A model generated the notes under the pieces. That model was given only the letters and a program-made list of their open reading frames with translations. It was not told where the DNA came from and searched no databases. Source: Tubulanus polymorphus (lineage: Eukaryota > Animalia > Nemertea). Taken from it: a stretch of 64,000 bases of DNA. The stretch is from assembly GCF_964204645.1 (NCBI RefSeq), contig NC_134029.1:7528850-7592849 (forward strand), in the 5' to 3' direction. Of the stretch, positions 25,701 to 37,700 are shown piece after piece (the stretch's first letter is position 1; each line of letters opens with the position of its first letter). A program made the position numbers and the translations under genes.

Positions 25701-28700
25701 TCGTATAGATCTAATACGGGCGTAAATGGGAGGGAATGAAAATGACGGTATTTTTGCAGACGGAATTGCCCTAAGGGTGTATGTCGAAATGATCTACAAA
25801 GCCGCTCACTTATTTCATTACCGAATAATATCTCTTCTAAATAAAGCACGTTCGACGAAGACAAAGAGTTTGGAGGGTGTGAGTTTCTATTTCTAAACAT
25901 TTCGCAAAAATCGTCTGTTCACGTTTTACCTTCACCTTTGAGTCACGGAGTCGTCTGCTGTTTGTCATTTTTTCTCTGCGGGCAGTTACATAACGTTTTT
26001 GTTGTTCATCTCTTCAACATTTCTCGATGAGATAATATGTTTTTGAGTCACTGTATAACTAACCCTGTAGGCTGTCGGCCTTATCACCTTGTTGATGCGG
26101 GACTTGTGTGCTGTGCGCCTGTGCTGTCTGCTGGCTCTTTATAAACATATTTTCGCAGCCACACCTGGGGCTCATATTATTCAAAGGGCTTTTTCATATT
26201 ATATCATCAATTTATTATCTTTAGGTGCATGACAGACTTTGTAAGCTATTTCCATAGACAAAGCATCTGTTAGTAATTCAATTTACTAGCTTTTTGTTGC
26301 TTCACTTTTCCTAATGACTGACCGGGCTCAGCGATGTAGAGACGGACCGGGCTCAGCGATGTAGAGACAGATCCGGGCTCAGTGATGTAGCGACGGACCG
26401 GGCTCAGTGATGTAGAGATGGACCGGGCTCAGCGATGTAGAGACGGATCGGGTTCAAGGATGTAGCGACGGATCGGGTTCAAGGATGTAGCGACGGACCG
26501 GGATCAGTGATGTAGAGATGGACCGAGCTAAGAGATAGTCAATAATAATGATAATGATAAGGGACTAATAACATTGAAAAAAAACTCGATTTCTTTTTTT
26601 TATCGAATGTTATCTACTTTATGATGATTTATTTCTTATATTATCTGTTCAGTTGAAGGACGATGTGTTTGTTTTCAGTGTTATGGATAAGAGTTGTCAT
26701 TATTGTCTATTTAAACTACAACCACTTGAAAATATATGCGTACTATCAGAAAAACATGAACTATGCGATAACCAGTCAATATGGGATTGGGCAACTACGG
26801 GCGATTCGAAATTAATTAAGCGAGACAATCCCTATTTCATGTTCGTAGATTGTCCAATCGCTTGATAAGGCAAAATTGTCTTGACTGATGACCTGGATAG
26901 ATTCCAGCTACGATCGCACGAGCATTTTTTGCCCGTACCGAATTATAGCCCGATCAACCATCATACTGGTGCCTCGACCAAAAACGTCGGACCAGGTACG
27001 AACCAAATTCTTGCGCGGGTCAAATTAATGTGTGCGATTTGCAACTGGTGCTGGAAGTGATTCACTTCGCTTTGGTTAAGCATCGTTTAGTATCGAGTGG
27101 CTGGTTTACGCGTGAAAGCACCCTCTAATTAGACACGGGCCAAATTTGACGGCGTGGGTCTAATCTGGGCCAAATCGTCTCCGGGCTATAGACATAACTA
27201 CCCAATAGATCAATATGGGAAACAAGCATTGTTTTAGACTTCCTGTCATTACACGATTACTGACTACGGCTTTAGCGTGAAGTTACATTGATAAACTATG
27301 TATGTAAATGGAGACAGATCTATATACGACGACGAGAGAGACAGAGAGAGAGAGAGATGTTTTACTGGTAAAAGGGCAATTTCACATTCCGCTAGCTGCA
27401 TTCATCAAATCTAATTGAATTTGTTCAGTTGCCTACAAAACTAATGTATCATCGTCGTGTGTGAAGACTTATTCTGTAGATTTACTTGTCTCAGGGGGGA
27501 TATAGATGTCTGATTTGTAAATCATTATGCCGATGTTTTGGATGACTGCCGATACTGATACGAACAACGGGTAAATCTAATTGAAGGCTATGTTCACTTG
27601 TATTCTCGCTGTGGCCCGACCTGCCTGCAGATCATAGTGGTCCCCCCATTTCGTTTTAGAGTCCATGATGGAACTTTGTATATCGTTATGGCTGGGCTGG
27701 CACAGAATCCATTCTGGACCAACCTGGGTAGTTATGTAGGCTATGTTTACATATATTCTCTATCCACTGTGGCCTGTCCTGCTGCAGTAGGTCTATTGAG
27801 AGGATTGTAGTACCAAGGATGTCCTCGACCTCCTTGATGGGACTCCCTATGTTGTTATAGCTGGACCAGGCAAGAGAAGCCATTCTGTTAGGACCAACTT
27901 GGGTAGTTATGTAGGCTGTTAACATATATTTTCTATCCTCCTATGGGAGTGGCCTGTCTTGCTGCAGCAATGAAGATGGAGCGTTGTATGACCAACAAGG
28001 AGGTCCCCTATCTCCTTGATGGGACTCCCTATGCCGGTATAGCTAGACAAGTTTAACAGAAACAATTCTGTTAGGACCAGCCTGGGTAGTTATGTAAACT
28101 GTTTCTGTGTATTTCCTATCCTCCTATACTGCTGTGGCCTGTCCTGCTGTATCATTGAAGATGGAGCATTGTATGACCAACAACCAACAAGGGGGTCCCC
28201 TATCTCCTCCATAACTCCATATGTCGTTATGGCTGGACAGGCAACAGACCATTCTGTAAGAGCCAGTCTCCCAACTCTCTTCGGGTCGTCTGTGACAGAA
28301 AACATTGGATCATCCAATATTGATGTATAAATTCCTAGCTGGTATATGCGAGGACATTGGTTCATTAGCCCTTCAAGTGGTTCGGCGAATTTATTGCCGA
28401 AAATATTGTCGGAAACGAATTTTTTACCTATACCTGTCATGAGAAAATGATAGAGCGTTCTCAATAGAATTACGACTATTGGTCTACGTATGTTCAAATG
28501 TCATTGATATCGGTTTCGTCTGCAACTGAATCTAGTATCGTGTTTTCGCTAAAAGTATCCGCTATTTTTTTGTATGTCGTACGCATATCTGGATTATTCG
28601 ATCTTCGTCAGTTCGTTGACCACCGGGAGATTCTAGCGGGCTGAACGCAATTAATCAACCCCTCGGGGAAGCGAGCCGCGCGTAATTTTTGATTCGGAAC

Positions 28701-31700
28701 ATAGACAGTGCCGCCCCGAGATAATTCTACTATGGTGAATAAACTCGGGCGATTTATGACATAAGAATTCATTCAGTTGCACCGATAATAAAAGTTCGCA
28801 TTAGGAGGTCGAACAACCTGTTCATTGTTGTTGAACGATGGGAAATTTATTAGCTGTATAAACGAGGAGTTGAAAAAAGGTATCACCATTGTTATCTACG
28901 AATAGCACTCAGCTTCACGTTTTTTTTTTCGTGTGCGTGCATTTTTCTGTGTTAAGGACCCGCTTCTTTTGAAAGGCTATCGTCGTCTGTATTTATTGCT
29001 CCTGAAAAAATGAGCATTTTAGTCAGGTTGCACTGTGCTAGTTATATTGTCATCGGCAGCTTAATAGTTTGTCGGCTCTTTTTTAGTTTTTCTCTCTTCA
29101 GACACGACTTCTTTCTTATTGTTTACGACGAACCAAAAACCGTCTCTTGACAGACATACATTTTCCCGAGTTGTGTGTATATAATGTTTGTACGGACTGA
29201 ATTCTATAGCGGCTATTCCGCGCGATGTAATCATTATAAATCGTATGTCCACTCTTTGTTTCGAGGGGCGTTTTCTCCGGACTCGACAGCGAGACATCTT
29301 GGGTCGTTGTCGTGGACGGCGGCCAGACGTCGTGGGTTTTCATTACGCTGCACAGGGTCGTTTCTGAAAGCGGGTTGCTCGGCGAGACGTGTCTCCTCGT
29401 GGTTGAGTTGTGTGTGTGTGAAATCCCATGAGGATCGACTGGTAATTTCCTGTCAGAAGTCGACGACGACGAGAAATAATTCGCTCCGTCTGATCCTCTC
29501 TCTCCATGCTCTCACATACTCTATTTGCCTTATCTTTTTTTCCTTAATTTTTCTCCCTTCCTTGCCTTTCCCTTTCCACATCCCCATCCCACTTCCGCTT
29601 TTATTGTAAATGATATTAGGAGAGCTGTCAACTGCCCCTGGTGGAACTGGACCCAGATTTTCAGTATTTTCTTACTATCTTATCCCGTAAAAATACTGTG
29701 ATTTCACATGTTTGAAAGATGTCTAAACGCCCTACTTTGCTTTGAATTCATTGAATTGGTAAAAAATGACCAACTTGTTACTGATAGCACTTTTCAGTTG
29801 TTGGCAGCCCTGATTGCTGCCCCTATTTTTGCTTGCGTCCCCTTTTTGTCTCTCCTCTTTTCTTAAACCGTCTTCCGATCTTCTCCGTCCTTCTAACTCA
29901 TTTTTCCTTCCCTCTCCCGTTCCCTCTCTGCTCTCTTACACGCGATCCTCTTCTCAGTTTCCGTACCTCTCCACTCTCCCCATCCGCACTCTCGGCCTCA
30001 TCATGCTATCCCCTCAACTCGTGATGATGACTCTGCTCATTTTGATGCGATTAATCATTGGACACGTGGAGACGGACTGAGCGCGGAGACGGACTGTCAG
30101 ACATGGTTTAGTAATTATACTTACTATACTATACTGGCCGCCGCCGTCGCCGGTAAAACAAATCAATGTTTATGTGGCTAGACGAGAAATCATCATCATA
30201 TACAACCTCCGGTCTAATAAACTGGATTAGAATACATTGTATACTTCATCCATTAAGCTTTTCCTGGCTGCTGAATTCGAATCATTCCTAGGAGGATTTA
30301 TATCTCAAAGTAATGGAATGCATCATTCGTATAGTGTGTCTGGAAAAGCGCTTCATTCTGGAAAAATTTAGCATAGGTCCCGATTATTGCTTTATACTTT
30401 TCGGGTAAATTCCTGAAAGTGTTGAAAAGTACTAAAATTTCTCAGAAAATTTTTACTAATGAATTTGATTGCGGTCTTGTGCGTATTCAACTGGGCATTA
30501 TGAATGTGTTTCCTTATTTCATGGCTTTATCAGTTTATTTTGCAGAAAGATTCCAGGAATTTTGAATTTTGGAAGAAGTGCTCTGACTTTTATGACTTAA
30601 AAAAGTGCTGACTTTCGTCTCAATTTGACTGCTAAAAACCCTAAAATGTCTTTTTGCGCTATGTTCATCAGTCTGGTCACATAACCTATCAGCGTCGAAG
30701 GCTTTTGAAATGATTTGATGAAATAATACACGTCAATGAACATTTTTGGGTTGAATGCCAAGTTGTCATTGGCAACGGAACTCGAATTCTAAATCGGATA
30801 AGGCCGCCTTTGAAACTTGGCCCTGTATTATGCGGCTGCCATGGTAACCGTATTGTTTTTAGGTTTGGTTTGAACGTTTCCTATAATGAGATACAGTATA
30901 CGGTTTATTTGACGCGGGAACGTCTCGTCGGGTCGTTGCGATGAATCCTCGCTCGGCTTGGCTTTCTCCTGTTGGCATAGTTTCCTATTTCAGTCTCTTC
31001 AATCATGTTCTGATGATATGTTATACGACGACGCTGTTGCAGCGTATTTTACTGGAATATAATCGTGTCAACGTCGGGGACATATGATGTTTACATAATC
31101 AACTGAAGAATGCTCGGCAGGGGGACGATTGATATCTTCTTCGTAATGGAATCATTGCTCGATACCGGTGACCTCAACTGCTTAGTTTTCATCATCACTG
31201 AAATCGCGTATTGGTTTTAGGGCTTCTGTGAGACATTATTCTCGAACCGTCTGTCGTTCCGTGGGTCTATGTCAGTGTCTGTCATATAGCTACTTAGCTA
31301 CTCGTCAATAGTGGGTTGATCTTGATGAAACTTGGGTACAATGTTTGTACTGCGCCACCTAGCGTTAGAACTAGGCACTAATAGCTTTGTTTTTCAGCGA
31401 AGATGACCTCATAACATGGAAAGGGGTTGAAATTCAAAAAGTTGTCTTGACGAAATTTAGCTTTTGGTCCTAGATATAACGTATCCAAAATATAATGGGG
31501 AATTAAAGTGTAGGAATTCTGGAAATGTCTCATGCGTGCGTCAGAGACGACAGATTCGAGCCTGAGCCCGAGAACCGTTGTCGCCTGGTAGCACAGAGAA
31601 AATTGTACATGCACCCGAGCGTTGACGGTTTCTGAGTTGACTGTTGAGTCAGGACTCGCTCTCTCTGTCCCTCGACATCACGTCTTGCATCATTAGCGAA

Positions 31701-34700
31701 TAGAACAATCATGCTCCAATCAATCTAGAAATCTCATATCGTTTCATGTGAGACTTAGTGAAATTTGAGCCGATCTAAACCATTTAATGTGTGAGTGAAC
31801 AGCAGCAGCAGCTAACTCTCCAACGAACGTCAAATCCCATCTCTCTCCCTCAATAACCGGAGTGACTCAACTTGTTTTTATTCATTGTATCAAAGAGCGT
31901 CAGTCGGTCGGGCTGGTCATCAGTCGTGACGCGGTTGCTAATGCAAAAAACGAAGCGGCGTATTGAGAGATTCATATTTGCCATATATTATTAGAGTATA
32001 CTGGTTAGAATTTTAGAGAAAAAAAACCTCAAAATCCCTTTTCCCCTGTATCATGTCTTTCAGGGCTAATTGGTAAAACACATGTATTCCATCTAGGTTT
32101 TTATCCAGCCGTTCTAAGTCTTCGCCTCTTAAGTCCTCAGACCGTTCTGAACCAAATCTTCATAAAGATGTTTAGAAGGTGGCCAAAAACCCTCGTTTTC
32201 ATCTTTGTTCCCATGAGACATGTACCCCGAAAGTTACTTCCGTCGACGAACAGCCTGGTATCCAGCCCTAGAATGTCACGGACCTGCAGTCGTTTGTAGT
32301 ATTCCGTGCGCGCATGCAATTTATGTATATGAGTCAGTGGTATTTCATGCGCTGCGCGCGATGCAGAAATTAAATCGTCATTATTAGCTTAGAGTTTTGA
32401 CGGCTCTTGATTCGACATTCATTAAGCGTTTTGATTTCGATCAGTCACACGACCCCAGCGCTGTGTGTGCGCAGGAACGGTGCTGTAATCGTTTTATCTG
32501 TTGATCTTATTGCCGGCCGGTCGTCTCCCTCCCTCCGCGTGCGCATGCACCACCACTTCGTTGAAACACTACGGTTTAACTCGTTTAAGCTCTCGATAAG
32601 AAATTGAGCATCTGTCACCGATGAAAGTAGCGGCAAAGTAAATTACATCCGTGGAAAATTTGTAGCCTCGCTGTCCCATAGGAGGCTTATATTTCCATCG
32701 TGACTAAGGTTTTTATTATAGGGTTAGGAATCAATCATGAAAATTGAAAGAATTTGTCTGAGTTGGCAGCAGTGTTGAAAACGTGCATTCTTTCCAACGA
32801 CCTTTTGCTAGTATCTATTAATATTGCATAGCGGTGTTCTTTACTAAACACCTTTTTGAGTTCAAGATGTTATATGTATTTCATGTCCTTTCGGCGCGAA
32901 ATCCTGAAATTCTGCAGTCCAAGGCTCCCCAAGTAGGGATTCGAACCTGATGGCATCGCTTAACTCGGCCACGGCACGAAACCCTGCCACACTAGACCGG
33001 GTGCGCAGGTTTGCCACAAGAAAACGTGTGGCACCAATCGGATTGCCCGTTGAGGCAAATTTCACAGGTAAACTGGAAAAACCCATGCTAAAAATAAAAC
33101 AGGATTTCTGGTAAATGATGACATCGCTTCAGCTGCGCACTCGGACTAGTATGGCAGGGTTTAGCACCATGGCAATCTTGATGTCATCCCTACTGTGGGA
33201 GGATGTCTGCAGTTGAGGGATGGATCTTGAAGTCGTTAGATTGGATCGATGCAACGAAAGTAGTCTTAGTCTGGCGTGTCCAATTCTCCATATAACTGAT
33301 GTGCCTACATTCGCGTTATCATCAGCACCGTAATGGATTATTGCTCGACAGTTAATTTTGGCTCCGTTTCAGAATATGAAATGAATTTTCCAATAATGTC
33401 CCATCGATGCACGTAATGACCTAATTGGTTTGATGTTGCGCGATTAATCAAATTATTTACTCAATTTCTAATAGAAGAGGTATACAGCGTGTGCTTACAA
33501 CTATATACGCTAATGTCACCATCACACAGCTCAGCTGGGTCGGCACTTACATTTTGTGCCTATTGACAAGGGTGGATCCGAGGTCAATGGTAAAGGGGGT
33601 GTGTCCACTTAAGAAATTTTGGGCCTTTATCGAAGCTTCGCTGCGATTTCATTGCTTACATATACTATGGATTTTCAGAACTTCTTTAATGGTAAAACAG
33701 CTATAACTGCCGCAACAAAATTTAAATTTTTCAGTTGTTCGTCGTTAAATTTGACTTTGGCTCCGAAAATATCCAGTTTTAAGATTTTTAGGGATAGAAT
33801 TCTTAAGGGACCTCAAAATTTGAAGGAGGTTCAGACCCCCGAGGACACCCTCCGGTATCCGCCACTGATTAAGGGTTAGGCTTAAACCGTGGTTAGAAAA
33901 TCTGGGTGAGGCTACAACTACGAATCTAGTTGCCCAGTGGAAGATCCTGCAAAAAATTACAGTACAGTTCGACTAGGAACTCGCTGACGAAGGCATTGGG
34001 GCAACAATGGGAAATCATGGAAAAAAATTCTTTCAATATTTTCCCGTTGCAATCAAAGGGTCATTCAGTGCAAGAATGGTTTAGATAGATATTATTATGA
34101 AATCTGCTATGTTGCGATATTCATGGTTGATGCACTCATGCAGCGTTCTCTCCTCATCTCTACTCGGCGTATTAGTTCATTTGCTTATTACCAAGGAAAC
34201 AAAGCCGACTAGAACCGAGTCCCGATAAATGTTTGAACATTTGTTGTTGTTACAGCGCACTGAGTCGAACGGATCCTTTTTCACCACCTTGCAATACTCA
34301 CTATACGAACTCAAACTTACAATGAAAGCAAAAGGAAATAAAGGTGTTTTCGCTCTTTGCCGAGTTCGCATTTAATTTCTACCTGTGGTTATGGTTATAG
34401 TGTTGGTTGTTTGAGTCAGATTCTATGTTAGTACGCCTTTCGAAGTTAAACATTGATTCATCATCGCGAGTCGGTGTTCAAATTGTTGGAATAGTTTGAT
34501 TCTTCTATAAAGCATCATCGCTGTCTTAACTAGCGGTATCAGTTGGTGCTTCATAAACTTTCTGAAGAATTTAGAATCAAAATTCTGAGGTTTGCGGTCA
34601 AGGGTTTGTAGCAAGCCCTGATAAGTGCTTACTTTTGGAAGAAATAAGCACTATTAGGATAGGCCCTGATTAGTGCTAACTATTCCCGAAAGTGCTGAAA

Positions 34701-37700
34701 AGTACTTAGTTGTTGGACTCATTGTTATCATAGGAAATTTCTTCTAAGTACTTTTCAGCACTTTCAGGATTTAATCTGAAGAGTTAGCACTAATCCGGAC
34801 CTATCCTAATACTGCTTATAGTGTTATCACAGGAAATTTCCACTAACGCAGATTTAGTTGCATTCTATTGCATCTTCGAATTCAACTGGGCCATTATGAA
34901 ATTTTCTTATTTCATGTTTCGAAAAAAAGGAACTGTTTACTGACTTTTTGAAAGTGGCGAAACGTGCTTCTGACTGCTACAAACCCTGCATAAGTTGCCA
35001 CTCAAAAGTTGTTGATATTGGCGTGTTCCTAGTTGAACTAATTAAAATAGAACACGTTAATGTAGACAGGTGATTACATTTCATCGCTAGTTTTAGATTT
35101 AACGCTGTAACTAGACAAGTTATTAACCTTAGAAAAAATTCTATTTATCTAGAATAAGTTTTCAGCATTTTCCTACAGGATGAGCTAGAAATATTGAGAA
35201 GGGCTGTAATGACATAAAAAAGATGACCTGTTTCCAGTGAGAGCCGCCCTTGTAATACTCTTCACTTTGTATTGTAAAGTCTTTGATGTGGAATGTAGTG
35301 TAATTTGCCTTATTCATGAAAGATTCACCGGTTTTCTGCCGCGTAGGTTTTCGATTACCTGCTGAACTTTGTGAAAAACCAGTATCGGATCGCGTTTGTA
35401 CACCTACGTGCGCGCTACATGAAAACGTCTTCTTCACTATTTCTCTCTGTTTTGAAGACATGGATTTTTTTATTAAAGCTTTCGTTGGTATTTTGTATTG
35501 AAATCGGATCCCCGAGAATTGTCGAAGTATGGGTGTCCTCAGTACAGGAACTTAAAGCTACTGACGTCACTGTCACAGTGGCCATCTACTTGAAAATCAG
35601 GAACATTTGTTGAGATTGCTAGATCACACGAATATCAAACAGTTTCCTTCCATCCATGGACCATGTCTTACATATTTGACTGTTTTAATTGATGAGATAC
35701 TTAGCATATCTATTTCAAGTCATGGAAAACAATGTGCATGTCAGGGAAAAAGCAAGTCAAACAAAAGTGGCTACCTTGATTGGAGTATGAATCCATGCAA
35801 CAGACTCCATGTAAAGGAGGTTTGGCATGGATTACGAAAATCTATGAGGACTCAGCCAGGTTCTTTGATCTTGAATTAGGGACTGAGCCGGTAGTTTATT
35901 TAATTGGTAGATTTTGTTTGATTTGATTTGATTGTGGTCCCGCGCTAACCCTCTGCAAGGTTCGTGGCATCGGATCCTTCCACACAGAAGCTTGAAGGTG
36001 AAGGACTGTCGCTTGAATCCCTGCAAGTGTATTCCAAAACCGAATCCAAGCGCTGGCCATGTTCAAACGTCATTGCCTTGAAACTCGGGGCCATCCGATA
36101 TTAATCATTACATGGATGACAAGGGTCTGTGTATAGAATTATCGATATTATCAATAATTACTCTGTTCATCTTGCACCTGTTGCTCATACCGACGACGAA
36201 CTCGACTGTTTACATGGCATGGCGTGGGATGTCTTCCTTCCTTCCTAACTGAAGTCGAAATCCAATCATTCTAATCAATATACGCGCAGCAAATTGTTAT
36301 AAATTCATCAGTATTAATGAATTAGAGTTTGTTCCTTCTCAATACGATTGATGAAATATTAATTTTTCTTATGCACGCCACATGCGCGCCCGGTCTTGTC
36401 TTATATATCGTCTATTCCTCCTCTCGCGCGTTCTCCTTCCTCTATCTCATCTCCTCTCTATCAATAAACTTAATTGTCTAAGAATCCTGTCTAATTCATC
36501 GCTGCTGCTTCTCGGTAAAAGATTAAACAGCGACTTAACTGCATTCCATTGCCGCGCATTATTAAAACACATCGGCGCGCATGCCCGGGGGTACTTTACG
36601 CGGAGAGCGACTTTTTATAACATTTGTATGTCTGGATTAGCGGCATACCTGCTGAATTCTAGCTGTACCTGTGTACGTGTGAGAGCGCGCCTGTGTGTGT
36701 TGGTTGTATCTGTGTGGTGCGAGATAAGTCCGTTTTTACTACCAACAGATTCAGTGTTTATACAAATAACACGCGTGGTATATTTCTGAGCTGGATCTCT
36801 GGTGCTAATGCGTTGTTTAGAAGGGCTTCGATATAGTGTTATTTCGGTTTGATTTGTCATTATGGTGCAAGCTCTGCATCCACACACTGCGGTACATTTC
36901 ATTTCCCTGGAGTGATTATTTTGAAAAGATAATTACTCCAAGATAATACCATACCGGGGCGTTTTGAGGTTTGTTGGACACAGACATGTAAACTGTGATC
37001 ACGGGAGCATTTTTGGCCCGTGTCTGTTTAGCCTGACTAAAAATTGACTAAAATGAGAGCCACATTATTGCGCATGAATTGCTAGAAGTCCCGCAAATAA
37101 CTAACTTAGCTTTGTTGAAGCATTGTTTATAGTATGGAACGAGTGTGGTTTACATGTGAACGTGCTCTCTAGTTAGAAACGGGCCAAATTTGACTCGGTC
37201 TGATCTGTGCAATTTTGCCCGGGCCAAATCGTCTCCGTGTGATCGCAACTGCAAGGGTGCAAGGCCAGTGACTTGAGTGATCTATTGGCAGACATGTTTT
37301 TATATTCATTTGGATTGAATCATGGAAATATTCAGCGTTCAGAATATCTCATCAGATATTCAAAATTTATCATACGTCGCACGAACAGAGCCGCAAAAAT
37401 TCATGATCGCAAGTGATGACGATTTGGAAATTGCATTTCCTCGCTTTCAGAATAAGGGGTCAAGGTCTTTATTATTTCTGGTAGACATAAGGCTTTGTAA
37501 GCCGGTTCTACAGTTGAGTATGCTCAGGACCCTATGACTTCATCTCACACCTCCAATAGGTATAGTACCTTTAATAAGATGAAGTTATAGGGGATTTAGA
37601 AATGGATGTCATTTACGGATGGTTTTATGTATACGTGAGGGCATTATTTACCTTTAATGACATGAGTGAATTATGTGACAAGACTAATAGTCTGCCTAGG

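Noticed and set aside
26320-26527. 25-bp repeats as a possible CRISPR array
   Set aside because: Units are head to tail with no unique spacers, the context is a eukaryotic intron, and there are no cas genes.
28090-28497. 135-aa minus-strand ORF in the ANKRD50 intron
   Set aside because: Half lies in the 175-bp tandem repeat; no recognisable homology or splice support.
32930-32976. Minus-strand tRNA-Ser-like pieces (GTGGCCGAGTTAAGCGATG and GGTTCGAATCC)
   Set aside because: No anticodon or variable arm, A and B boxes are too close, no cloverleaf, and it lies in a MITE arm. At most a SINE or tRNA relic.
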